The notes beneath the pieces were generated by a model. That model had not been told where the DNA came from and did no database searches. It was given only the letters and a program-made list of their open reading frames with translations. A stretch of 32,000 bases of DNA. Origin: Geobacter metallireducens GS-15 (GTDB lineage Bacteria; Desulfobacterota; Desulfuromonadia; Geobacterales; Geobacteraceae). A program made the translations under genes and the position numbers. The stretch is from positions 1,530,001 through 1,562,000 of the forward strand of contig NC_007517.1 in NCBI RefSeq assembly GCF_000012925.1. The letters run 5' to 3'. This document shows positions 7,900 to 16,190 of the stretch, piece after piece (position 1 is the first letter of the stretch; each line of letters starts with the position of its first letter).

Positions 7900-9207
7900 C
7901 TACAGTTCTCCCATCGCTTTTCTGACCCGCGCCGCCGCCACCTGGTAGTCGAAGACGGCGCGGAAATAGTCGGTCCTGATCTGGGTAAGGAGCGTCTGGG
8001 CGTCGATGACGTCGGTCGCGGTCCCCACCTGGGCCTGATAGCGGTCGCGGTTGATGCGCAGATTCTCTTCCCCCTGCTTGATTGCCGTTTCCACGGTCCT
8101 GATCCGCTCGGCGGCAACCCTGGCATCGTTCAGGGACGTTGCCAGTTCAAGGCGGATCTGTTCCCGGGCCTGACGGAGGCTGTCCCGCTGCTTCCTCAGG
8201 TTTGCCACTGCCTGGCGGTATCGCGACGTGGTGGCGAAGCCATCAAAGAGGTTGACGCGCAACCCCACGGTGGCAGCATAGATGGCCTGCTCCCGCGCCT
8301 TGCTGTTCTCCATGTAGTCGATGGTCCCCTGGGCGAAGATCTCCGGGTAGAAGCCGGTCCGGGCTTCGGATACCCCTGCTTCTCCTGCCTCCACCGTCCT
8401 GGTGAGAGAGGCGAGCTCGGGGCGGTTCGCCAGGGCCTTCTCTTCGGCTGTTTCAAGTGGCGGAAGGGACGCCGGGGTATCCTTCTCCTCCAGGTTGGCC
8501 CGGAACGGGAGAGGGCGTCCCGTCAGATAGTTGAGGAAAAGCCAGCGGTTCTCAACGAAGTTTGCCGCCGCGAGACGCCTCTGCCGGCTGTCGGCCAGCT
8601 TCACCTCGGCCTGGAGAAGGTCGTTACGGGTCACCACTCCCTGTTCGTACAGGTTTTGGGCCACTCCCAGATGGTCGGTGCGCTGTACGATCTCTTCGTC
8701 GGCGGCGCCGAGAACCTTTTTCGCTTCAAGGATCCCGTAGTAGGCCTCCACCACCTGGAGGAAGACATCCTTCTCCCGTGCGTCGTAGCTGTGTGTGATC
8801 GCCTCCTGGAGGAGCGATGCCCTCCTGGTGCGGGAAGAGGTGTGGCCGAAGTCGTAGATGGTCTGGGTGGCAGTGACGTTGAAGAATCCGTAAGTGGCGT
8901 CCTGGGTTTCGGTTTCGCGTCCCGCGAAGGAAAAAGCCTGGGGCCTGGCCTGGGCGGTGTATCCCCCCTGGAAATCGAGGCGGGGGAGAAAGCCGCTCTT
9001 GGCCTGGGAAATGTTCTCGGCGGCGATGCGCGTGTCATGGGCCGTTACGGTCAGGTCATAGTTGCCGGCGGCTGCCCGGCGCAGGCACTCAGCAAGGGAA
9101 AGGGTTTCGGCGCGTGCCGTTCCCGCCAGGGAGAGAACCGCCGCCAGGGCCGCAAGGAGTCTCGGTACTGTCGATTGAGGAATGGGTGCATTCTGGTTGT
9201 TCTGCAT
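7900..9207 (-). CDS. TolC-family outer-membrane efflux protein
   Basis: Signal peptide RLLAALAAVLSLAGTARA, then two OEP-type repeats. ATG at 9207 has GGGAGGA 7 nt upstream. Stop is 2 nt before the emrA start, so the three genes form one operon. Confidence 0.85.
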   Translation of the reverse strand: MQNNQNAPIPQSTVPRLLAALAAVLSLAGTARAETLSLAECLRRAAAGNYDLTVTAHDTRIAAENISQAKSGFLPRLDFQGGYTAQARPQAFSFAGRETETQDATYGFFNVTATQTIYDFGHTSSRTRRASLLQEAITHSYDAREKDVFLQVVEAYYGILEAKKVLGAADEEIVQRTDHLGVAQNLYEQGVVTRNDLLQAEVKLADSRQRRLAAANFVENRWLFLNYLTGRPLPFRANLEEKDTPASLPPLETAEEKALANRPELASLTRTVEAGEAGVSEARTGFYPEIFAQGTIDYMENSKAREQAIYAATVGLRVNLFDGFATTSRYRQAVANLRKQRDSLRQAREQIRLELATSLNDARVAAERIRTVETAIKQGEENLRINRDRYQAQVGTATDVIDAQTLLTQIRTDYFRAVFDYQVAAARVRKAMGEL

Positions 9208-9323
9208 GGAGAATCCTCCCGTTACTGGCGCAGTTTCTTGAGGGTGAAGCGCAGGGCGGCACATTCCTCTGCGGTGAGGGGAGAAAGGAATGTTTCCGTC
9301 ACCCGGGCGGCAATGGCGCGGGC

Positions 9324-9351
9324 ATTATACAGACAATCAGTATGCTGTCAA
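9324..9351 (-). promoter_or_regulatory. sigma70-type promoter for the tolC-emrA-emrB operon
   Basis: On the minus strand: TTGACA (9351-9346), 16-nt spacer, TATAAT (9329-9324). Both hexamers are perfect consensus. About 117 nt upstream of the ATG at 9207. Confidence 0.6.
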
Positions 9352-9403
9352 TTTGGAAGCTCAGGACGGAGAGGGATGCAAAGAATCAAGATCAAGAGCC
9401 CCG

Positions 9404-11569
9404 CTATTTTGAATTCTGGACGCCTGAATACGCCTTCTGGATGGCGGATTCAGGTGTCTTTACGAGAGTTGCCCGGTAGAGGGCACGGTAGATCTCCGCA
9501 TTGGCGAGGACCTTCTTCACGTATTCCCGTGTCTCATAGTAGGGGATGTTTTCGATGAACTCGTCATCACGTTGGTAGGGGAGGGTGCGGCGCCAGCGGT
9601 CCACCGGGGTGGAGCCGGCGTTGTAGGCTGCCACGGCAGCCACTGTGTTGCCGTGGTACTGGTTGAGCAGCCCTTTCAGGTGGCGCACGCCGAGGTTGAT
9701 GTTGAAGGCGGGATCGGTGAGGCGCGTGGAGATGTTGGCCCCCTTGCCGTTCACCATTGCCCTGGCGGTGGCCGGCATGAGCTGCATGAGCCCCACGGCC
9801 CCCACGGGGGAGACGACAGTCGGCGAGAAGGTGCTCTCCGCCCTGATGACACCGTAGACGAGCTCTTCCGCTACCCCATGGTCGGTGGCCTGACGGGTTA
9901 CCGCCTCACGGAAGGCCTTTGGATAGAGGAGCCCCCACTGGGTGAGGGAATCCCTGTCAATCCGGCGGGGGAGATTGTCCCGATAGATGGCTGCGGCCGA
10001 GTTGTAGTCTTCCATTTCCAGATAGAGGCGGGCCACTCCCAGGAGAGACTTCTGCTTCAGACCGTTTTTCTTCCTGACGGATGCAAGCTCCTTCCGGGCT
10101 TCGTCGTGGAGTCCCACGGCAATGAGGAGCTTGATACGCTCATACCCGGCGGGCATCGGCAGGGACAATGCAGCCGGCTCGGCCGCCAGGGAAGGGGTTT
10201 CCTCGATGGTATTCAGCGCCGTGCAGGCCCGGCGGCCGTAAAAGGAGAGGGGAGATTCTTCCTGGACGCGGGCTAGCGAAGCGGCAGCCCCCTCCTTGTC
10301 TCCCGCCCCTTCAAGGGCGCGGCCATGCCAGTAGAGGGCCCGCTCCCGGTATTCCGGGATGGTTTGGAGGGCCTTGAATGCGTCGGCTGCCCCCCGGAAG
10401 TCCTTCGTGCCGTAGCGGGCCCACGCCGCCTCCCACGTGGCCCGTTGCCGGAGCTTCACATCGGTGGCAGCGACAAGGAGCCGGTCAAGCAGGGGAAGCT
10501 CTTCCTGATACCGTCCCTGGAATTTGCGGATGAAGGCTGCCTCCAGAAGCGCCTCGTTGGCCAGCTCTCCCCGCGGCGAGGCCTCGGCTATCTTGAGATA
10601 GGCATTGACGGCGTCGTCGCTTTTCCCGATCCCCTCAAGAGCTTTGGCATGCCAGAACCGGGTCTCCTCGGCCAGGGACGGTTTCAGCTCCTTTTCCAGA
10701 AGCCGGGCAAAGGTCCGTTCGGCATCCTTCCGTTGACGGGCCTTGTAAAGGGCCTGACCGCTCTTGAACGTGACCCGGGCAATGAAGTCGGCCGACTGGT
10801 TCGCCAGCGGGATTGCGTCAAAGGTTTTGACGGCCTGCTGGAACCGGCCGAGGCTGTACAGGGTACTTGCTCTCCGGAAAAGCTCATCGGGGGTGTATGG
10901 CGCAGCCGGGAATCCCTGGCGTTCCAGTTGGCGCAGAGCCTCCTCGGCGTCTTCGGCCACCGGCGAGGCAGGGTAGGCGAGCCAGAGATTCCGCAGCTCC
11001 TGAACCGCCTTTGCCTTGTCGCCGAGCCCTTCCCGGCAGCGGGCTGCCTGGTAAATGGCGGTGAGGGAATCCCTCCCCGAGGGATAGCTTTCCACGAACC
11101 GGATGTAGACGGCCTGGGCCTCCTTCAGGTCGCCGCGGGCAAAGAGGATGTCGGCCTGGAGCATCCGTGCCCGGCGGACGAGGGGGCTTTCGGGCCGTTC
11201 ATGGAGGAGCCTCTTCACGGTTTCAAGGGCTTCATCGTGGCGTGCGATGCGATACAGGGCATCAGCCTCCCAGAAGAGCGGGTAGTCGGCCACAAGGGGA
11301 AGCTCCTTTGCCGCCTTGCCGAGCAGTTCGGCTGCATTGACCCACTCTTCGAGCCGGTATGCGGCGACGCCGGCAATCAGGTGCTTTTCCGGAGAGTCGG
11401 CTGCGTCCGTGGCGTTGTCCAGGGCCCCCCGGTTGTCCTTGAGCTTGAGCCGCACGGCGGCCTTGGCGAGTTTTTCGTCGAGTGTGGGGGTAAGGTTCTG
11501 GGAGGAGGCGGAGACAGCCAGACAGAGGAGCAGGGCCGTGGCAAGGAGCAAGCGGTTAAGCATGGGCAT
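9404..11569 (-). CDS. slt: soluble lytic murein transglycosylase (Slt70-like)
   Basis: 721 aa. Signal peptide, long TPR-like helical repeat region, C-terminal SLT domain with VIRAESTFSP (catalytic Glu), GLMQLMPATA and AAYNAG. Confidence 0.9.
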   Translation of the reverse strand: MPMLNRLLLATALLLCLAVSASSQNLTPTLDEKLAKAAVRLKLKDNRGALDNATDAADSPEKHLIAGVAAYRLEEWVNAAELLGKAAKELPLVADYPLFWEADALYRIARHDEALETVKRLLHERPESPLVRRARMLQADILFARGDLKEAQAVYIRFVESYPSGRDSLTAIYQAARCREGLGDKAKAVQELRNLWLAYPASPVAEDAEEALRQLERQGFPAAPYTPDELFRRASTLYSLGRFQQAVKTFDAIPLANQSADFIARVTFKSGQALYKARQRKDAERTFARLLEKELKPSLAEETRFWHAKALEGIGKSDDAVNAYLKIAEASPRGELANEALLEAAFIRKFQGRYQEELPLLDRLLVAATDVKLRQRATWEAAWARYGTKDFRGAADAFKALQTIPEYRERALYWHGRALEGAGDKEGAAASLARVQEESPLSFYGRRACTALNTIEETPSLAAEPAALSLPMPAGYERIKLLIAVGLHDEARKELASVRKKNGLKQKSLLGVARLYLEMEDYNSAAAIYRDNLPRRIDRDSLTQWGLLYPKAFREAVTRQATDHGVAEELVYGVIRAESTFSPTVVSPVGAVGLMQLMPATARAMVNGKGANISTRLTDPAFNINLGVRHLKGLLNQYHGNTVAAVAAYNAGSTPVDRWRRTLPYQRDDEFIENIPYYETREYVKKVLANAEIYRALYRATLVKTPESAIQKAYSGVQNSK

Positions 11570-11657
11570 CGAACCTTCGTGGATTGGATTTGAACGGGGG
11601 CAGTCAATTCGGTGAGCAGAAAGCCGGCCATGATGCGTTGTGTCGGCGTTTGACCCA

Positions 11658-11687
11658 TACTACCCGTACCCCCCCGCAAAAATCAAC
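11658..11687 (-). promoter_or_regulatory. possible sigma70 promoter for slt (weak)
   Basis: Minus strand: TTGATT (11687-11682), 18-nt spacer, TAGTAT (11663-11658). Each hexamer matches 4/6. About 90 nt upstream of the slt ATG. Confidence 0.25.
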
Positions 11688-11770
11688 CACGAACAGGTGA
11701 TTATTGCAGGGGGCGCTTCCTGAAATCCGTATATCTATAAGGCTCTTGCCTTGTTTATTGCACCAGCGAA

Positions 11771-12430
11771 TCAGATAGTAGCATCCACGTTCATCCGGTA
11801 TGTTCCATACTTGAGCCGGGTCAGCACGTTCTTTTCCAGCATAATCTGAAACGTCGCTACGACGGTCGGCTTGCTGGCGCTGAGTGCCTCAGCCACCTCG
11901 TCATAGGTGCCATGGAACAGGTTGTCGGCATCGAGGTGATTGATGACGTACTCCATGATCTCGGCCCGTCTTCCGCCGAGTGTATCGAGAATTTTCAAGA
12001 GGAAATCCCTATTGTCAGGCCCCTGTTTCCGCTCACTACTGGCGGCTTCCTTCTGGGTGGCTATGTCGGACAGGAGTTCGAGCATTTCGTGGAAGTTGAA
12101 CGGTTTCAGAAGGTAGCCGTCCGCCTTGTAGCGAAACGCATCCAGCAGGTATTCCGACTCAGAATGGGCAGATACTATGACGACGGCGACCGACGCATCC
12201 TTCTGCTTTACGGCATTGAGGAGCTCTATGCCTGACAAGCCGGGCATGCGGATGTCGGTGAGCACTATATCCGGGTGATGCTCCTGCAGCGCGGCCAGGG
12301 CCTGGTCGGCGCTACCTACACAGATTGTGTTTTTGCAGAAACTGCTCAGGACCATCTTCATCTGCTCCCGTGCAATCTCCTCGTCGTCCACAAAGAGCAC
12401 CGTCATCTGTTGCAAGGCGGTGACATTCAT
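11771..12430 (-). CDS. response regulator: REC domain plus atypical C-terminal winged-helix-like domain
   Basis: 219 aa. REC motifs LFVDDEE, DIVLTDIRMPGLSG, VIVSAHSE, YLLKPF. The C-terminal ~80 aa (TYDEVAEALSASKPTVVATFQIMLEKNVLTRLKYGTYRMN) looks HTH/wHTH but not OmpR, NarL, NtrC or LytTR class. The ATG overlaps the kinase stop (ATGA, 12427-12430). Confidence 0.85.
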   Translation of the reverse strand: MNVTALQQMTVLFVDDEEIAREQMKMVLSSFCKNTICVGSADQALAALQEHHPDIVLTDIRMPGLSGIELLNAVKQKDASVAVVIVSAHSESEYLLDAFRYKADGYLLKPFNFHEMLELLSDIATQKEAASSERKQGPDNRDFLLKILDTLGGRRAEIMEYVINHLDADNLFHGTYDEVAEALSASKPTVVATFQIMLEKNVLTRLKYGTYRMNVDATI

Positions 12431-14166
12431 ATCTGTTTACCTCCCTCGGTTGTTCTGGCGAACTGCAGGCAGATGCGGGCGCCATAGTGCGTTTCCCCGT
12501 GCAGTTCAAAGGACCTGTTCTCCGCCCAGACCTTCCCCTGGTCCAGATTCTCGACGATCTGGTGGCACAGATACAGTCCCAGTCCTGTGCCGTCGGCCTT
12601 GTCCTTGGTGGTGACATACGGTTCGAAAATGCGTTTGAGCAGATGGTCGGGGATCCCGCCACCGTTGTCCTGGAAGGTGACCGTCACCACCCCTCCCGAC
12701 TCCTCGTTGCAGGAGAGCAGGATGAAGCGGTCACTTTGCACCAGGGAAAGCTGATCGCGCGCATTCAACAGCACGTTTATGGTCAGCTGCACCAGGTCGT
12801 TCACGAAACCCATGGTGTGCACCGGCGTCGTGATCCGGTTCTCGATGGTGACCCGGCTCTGCTCCATGACCGGCGCAACCATCGCTATGGCGCGCTCGAC
12901 GGAACTCTGCAGCTCGATCACGGTCCGGCTGCTGCCCGACATGAGCAGTGAACGCCAGTCATCTATGATGTTAGACATGTATTCGATGTTCTGGTTCGCC
13001 TGGGTAATCTGCTTGCTGAGCAGGGCGTCGTCCAGTTTGCCGTACTGGTTCTGCAGCCCGATGTTCTGAACGATCAGAGAAAGGTTGTAGAGAGGTTGTC
13101 GCCATTGGTGTCCGATGTGTCCCAGCATTTCCCCGAGTGCGCACTGCTTTGACCGCTGGGCCAGCATCTTGTCCTGTTCCGTGATGATGTGCTCATACTT
13201 TCTGAACCCGACCATGTTGATACAGAGCATGACGCAGGCGGTGAGGGCGAAGAACAGCAGCCATGCGTAGAAATATCCCCAGTGCCGGTTCCGCAGCTCA
13301 GTCATGTCGTAGGCGACAAGATATTTACCGACTTCGCGACCTAGGTTGTCTCTAAGTACCTGGGACGTACTCACCAGGTAATACTTGTCTCCGATTTTGA
13401 TGTCGTTTTTCGCCCATCTGAAATCAATCCTGTCTTTGAACTGGTTGAAGAACGCGGCGTCGTTGGATTTCAGCTTTTTATAATAGTCATAGACATATTC
13501 CTCGGAATCCGTCTTGTCCCCGGTGTCAAATTCAAGGAGTTTCCCATTGGAGAAGATGGCTGTCTTTACGTCGTGTAAAAACCATTTCAGATTGTAGTGA
13601 AAAAATGACAGGTCCACACCTATCTCGATCGTTCCTTCCACATTTGAACGAGCGTCCCGTACAGGAAGAACAATGCAGAAGTAGAGGGGAACGATGTTGG
13701 TCTCATACCCGTAGGTGTAGTTTTTCGTGGCAAAGACCTCTTTGCTAACGTTCGGTCTTAATTCCTCGGGGTCATGGGTGATCGACGGCGGTGTCATATG
13801 ATATCTGAGTTTTCCATCGCCGTCATAGATGAGGACCGAGATCACCGGCACATAGCGTTTCCCGAAGTCGTAGAAAGCGTGATTGGCCACCTTCTCCAGG
13901 GCTTCTGCGTCGCCTGCTTTCAGCAGTTCGGCGAAGTGCTTTTGTTTTGCGATGTCGCTTACGTAGTTGACCAGGCGCGAACAGAGATACTCCGATTCGC
14001 TGTCGTGGGCATGCTTGATGAATGAGTTGATTTTGTTGGCGAAATAGGCGTAGTCGGAAGTCCTCTTGTACAGATCCATCAGGGAAAAGAAGCAGAACAT
14101 GCAGAAGAGCAGGATATAGGTAACGATGACGATGCGTTTTTTATTGGCTTCGATAAATTTCAACAT
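12427..14166 (-). CDS. sensor histidine kinase with large extracytoplasmic Cache-like domain
   Basis: TM1 IVIVTYILLFCMFCFFSLM, a loop of about 270 aa, TM2 YFYAWLLFFALTACVMLCINMVGF. H-box GHIGHQWRQPL, N-box NVLLNARDQ, G-boxes DNGGGIP and GTGLGLYL. ATG 14166 (MLKFIEANKK) is preferred over the extended start at 14226. Confidence 0.85.
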   Translation of the reverse strand: MLKFIEANKKRIVIVTYILLFCMFCFFSLMDLYKRTSDYAYFANKINSFIKHAHDSESEYLCSRLVNYVSDIAKQKHFAELLKAGDAEALEKVANHAFYDFGKRYVPVISVLIYDGDGKLRYHMTPPSITHDPEELRPNVSKEVFATKNYTYGYETNIVPLYFCIVLPVRDARSNVEGTIEIGVDLSFFHYNLKWFLHDVKTAIFSNGKLLEFDTGDKTDSEEYVYDYYKKLKSNDAAFFNQFKDRIDFRWAKNDIKIGDKYYLVSTSQVLRDNLGREVGKYLVAYDMTELRNRHWGYFYAWLLFFALTACVMLCINMVGFRKYEHIITEQDKMLAQRSKQCALGEMLGHIGHQWRQPLYNLSLIVQNIGLQNQYGKLDDALLSKQITQANQNIEYMSNIIDDWRSLLMSGSSRTVIELQSSVERAIAMVAPVMEQSRVTIENRITTPVHTMGFVNDLVQLTINVLLNARDQLSLVQSDRFILLSCNEESGGVVTVTFQDNGGGIPDHLLKRIFEPYVTTKDKADGTGLGLYLCHQIVENLDQGKVWAENRSFELHGETHYGARICLQFARTTEGGKQI

Positions 14167-14745
14167 GGGGCGCGTCCCTCTTGGGGGGTACTCGTGATTG
14201 TCGAGCCGGTGCTCCTGGCGGCGCAAGGGTACTCCAGTCGGCGGTGAGCACCAGCATGTAAAACTAATTTAGTTTACTTCACCATAACAATAAAAGTAAA
14301 CTAAAAATGAAAAGGTTCCCCGGAATACCCTGAAATCCCTCCTGTCTCCCTCTCGTAAAACCTCTCACCTTTAAAGTGCTTAACCAAATAATAGCAATAA
14401 ATCTAGCTGGTTGCGACGATTTATTCATGCCATGCTCCCGCAGGATAAATGCACTGACACAGCTGCTGGTGGGCGCATGCAAATTTACTAAAAAAATGCT
14501 TGACACATCGTTTTTGGTTTTGTTAAATAAACTAAAAACGATTTGGATAATAATTTAAAACCAGAAAGATAGTTGATGCCGCCTGGTATATGTATTGTGG
14601 CTTGCGTGGTTCAATTAAGTTGTCTAACTAAGGGTGACGCTATCACCAGGCCAGCAATCGGAGAAAGGAGGAGAACATCACACACCACACGTCATACGAG
14701 GCCAGGATTTGCAGAGCCAACTACACACTATCAAGGAGAAAGATC
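14167..14745. promoter_or_regulatory. AT-rich divergent control region with repeated AAACTAA motif
   Basis: 579 bp between divergent operons. Hand count for 14261-14320 gives 15/60 G+C. AAACTAA occurs at 14261-14267 (+), 14269-14275 (-; the two form palindrome AAACTAA-T-TTAGTTT), 14298-14304 (+) and 14529-14535 (+). Variant TAACTAA at 14625-14631. The 11-mer TAAACTAAAAA is exact at 14297-14307 and 14528-14538. Confidence 0.5.
14500..14528 (+). promoter_or_regulatory. candidate sigma70 promoter for the dsbL-dsbI-assT cluster
   Basis: TTGACA (14500-14505), 17-nt spacer, TTAAAT (14523-14528), with an A-rich tract upstream. One TAAACTAAAAA copy starts at the last base of the -10. Implies a leader of about 210 nt. 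Confidence 0.4.
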
Positions 14746-15411
14746 ATGTCATTCAAATTTGTCAAAACAATCGCCAAAAGTCTCGCACTGGTAGCTCTGT
14801 TCGCCGGCAGCTGCTTCGCCTTCACCGAGGGGACCGATTACGTGAAGCTTGCGAAACCGATCCCGAACGCCCAGGGGACGCTGATCAAGGTGTTCAGCTA
14901 CGACTGCCCCTTCTGCTACAAGTACGACAAGAAGATCACGCCGAACCTGGTTCCCAAGCTGCCGAGCGATCTCAAGTTCCGCCCCTTCCATCTGAAGACC
15001 AAGGGTAAATACGGCGTCCAGGGAAGCGAGCTCTTCGCCGTGCTGCTGCTCAAGGATCAGAAGGCCGGCCTCTCCGACCGCGATCTGTATGGCCCCAAGT
15101 CACTCCTGAAGAAGGCCAAGATGGCCTACTACACCGCCTACCACGACAAGAAAGAGCGCTGGGATGCGGGCCCCGACGCCTACCTGAAGACCGGTCTCGA
15201 CGCAGTCGGCATGAGCAAAGCAGAATTCGACAAGGCGAAGGCAGATCCCAAGGTCAAGGCGCTGCTGAAGGAGTGGGATGCCTCCTATGACGTGGCAAAG
15301 GTCCAGGGCGTTCCCGGCTTCGTCGTCAACGGCAAGTACCTCATCATGACCAAGAGCATCACCTCCATAGACGGCATGCTGAAGCTTATCAACGAGCTGA
15401 AGACCAAATAA
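14746..15411 (+). CDS. dsbL: periplasmic DsbA-family thiol:disulfide oxidoreductase, DsbL-like (CPFC active site)
   Basis: 221 aa. Signal peptide SLALVALFAGSCFA. CPFC encoded at 14905-14916. C-terminal VQGVPGFVVNGKY (cis-Pro loop). AAGGAG lies 7 nt upstream of the ATG. Confidence 0.8.
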   Translation: MSFKFVKTIAKSLALVALFAGSCFAFTEGTDYVKLAKPIPNAQGTLIKVFSYDCPFCYKYDKKITPNLVPKLPSDLKFRPFHLKTKGKYGVQGSELFAVLLLKDQKAGLSDRDLYGPKSLLKKAKMAYYTAYHDKKERWDAGPDAYLKTGLDAVGMSKAEFDKAKADPKVKALLKEWDASYDVAKVQGVPGFVVNGKYLIMTKSITSIDGMLKLINELKTK

Positions 15412-15422
15412 GGAGACGCGTC

Positions 15423-16133
15423 GTGAAACTATCAGAAATGTTCGGCAACTTCAGGTCGGACCCGGCAGGAACCATCAGCCAGTGGCAGGACAAGCGGTTT
15501 CTCTGGATCTTCATGGCGGTGCTCAGTCTGTTCATGGTTATCCTGGCCCACTCCGTGTTCCAGATCTGGCTCTACATGAGACCCTGCGAACAGTGCGTCT
15601 ACATAAGGCTTGCCTTCTTCGCCATGGCCTTCGGCGGCGTCGTCGCGGCCATCAAGCCCTCAAACCCCGGCTTGAAGATCGTCGGCTACCTGTTCGCCAT
15701 CTGGGGAAGCTTCAAAGGTGTCCTCTACAGCATAAAGCTCAATAAGATTCACCACGCCGCCCACAGCGACGACATCTTCGGCGTGCAGGGGTGCTCACCG
15801 GAGCCCACCTTCCCGTTCCACCTGCCGCTGGATAAGTGGTCTCCGGAATGGTTCAAGCCGACGGGCGACTGCGGCTACGACAACCCGATCATTCCCGACG
15901 GAGTCCAACTGAGCGCCATGCAGAAGGCCATCACCGACTTCTATTCCGAAGGGTGGTACCTCTGGCCTCCCTCCCACTTCATGAACATGGCGCAGTGCAC
16001 CCTCATCACCTTCGGCGTAATCCTCCTGTTCCTGGTGGTGGCAGCAGCCTGCTGGATCGTCACACTGGTGCGACGCAAGCGCCAATCCGCGACACACGAA
16101 GAAACTTCCAGCTGCTCTGGCAAGTTGGCATAA
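15423..16133 (+). CDS. dsbI: DsbB-family membrane disulfide oxidoreductase (DsbI-like partner)
   Basis: 236 aa, four TM segments. First periplasmic loop CEQC (15585-15596). Second loop carries a Cys pair (GCSPEP ... GDCGYD). GTG start 7 nt after AGGAG (15411-15415). Confidence 0.8.
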   Translation: MKLSEMFGNFRSDPAGTISQWQDKRFLWIFMAVLSLFMVILAHSVFQIWLYMRPCEQCVYIRLAFFAMAFGGVVAAIKPSNPGLKIVGYLFAIWGSFKGVLYSIKLNKIHHAAHSDDIFGVQGCSPEPTFPFHLPLDKWSPEWFKPTGDCGYDNPIIPDGVQLSAMQKAITDFYSEGWYLWPPSHFMNMAQCTLITFGVILLFLVVAAACWIVTLVRRKRQSATHEETSSCSGKLA

Positions 16134-16190
16134 CGACAATCCCGGCGTGAGGGGCGGCATGTCCGCCGCAGACAAAAAAAGGAGAACAGT

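Noticed and set aside
9208-9264. 19-codon N-terminal extension of the TolC-like gene (ATG 9264)
   Set aside because: AGAGGA abuts that ATG with no spacing. ATG 9207 has a well-spaced GGGAGGA and places the signal peptide at the N-terminus.
10325-11593. 422-aa plus-strand ORF
   Set aside because: Antisense to the Slt70-like gene, which has catalytic motifs. Same GC-driven artefact.
11740-11753. Hairpin AAGGC-TCTT-GCCTT as terminator of the response-regulator gene
   Set aside because: The stem is only 5 bp, and the T-run lies on the + strand side where no gene ends. On the minus strand the tail is not U-rich.
11690-11770. Island boundaries (also 20463-20690): looked for att-like direct repeats, tRNA, integrase or IS ends flanking 11.7-20.5 kb
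   Set aside because: Only a trivial 8-mer (TGAGCAGA) is shared by the two flanks. No mobility gene or tRNA is present, so I do not call a mobile element.
14666-14673. Strong Shine-Dalgarno-like AGGAGGAG, suggesting a hidden ORF upstream of dsbL
   Set aside because: No ATG/GTG/TTG lies within 5-12 nt downstream (the sequence is AACATCACACACC). Treated as a leader feature, not a gene start.
14573-14794. 73-aa + strand ORF, and the 60-aa ORF at 14376-14558, in the AT-rich region
   Set aside because: No convincing RBS. The first runs out of frame into dsbL. Both lie across promoter and repeat elements. Likely chance ORFs.
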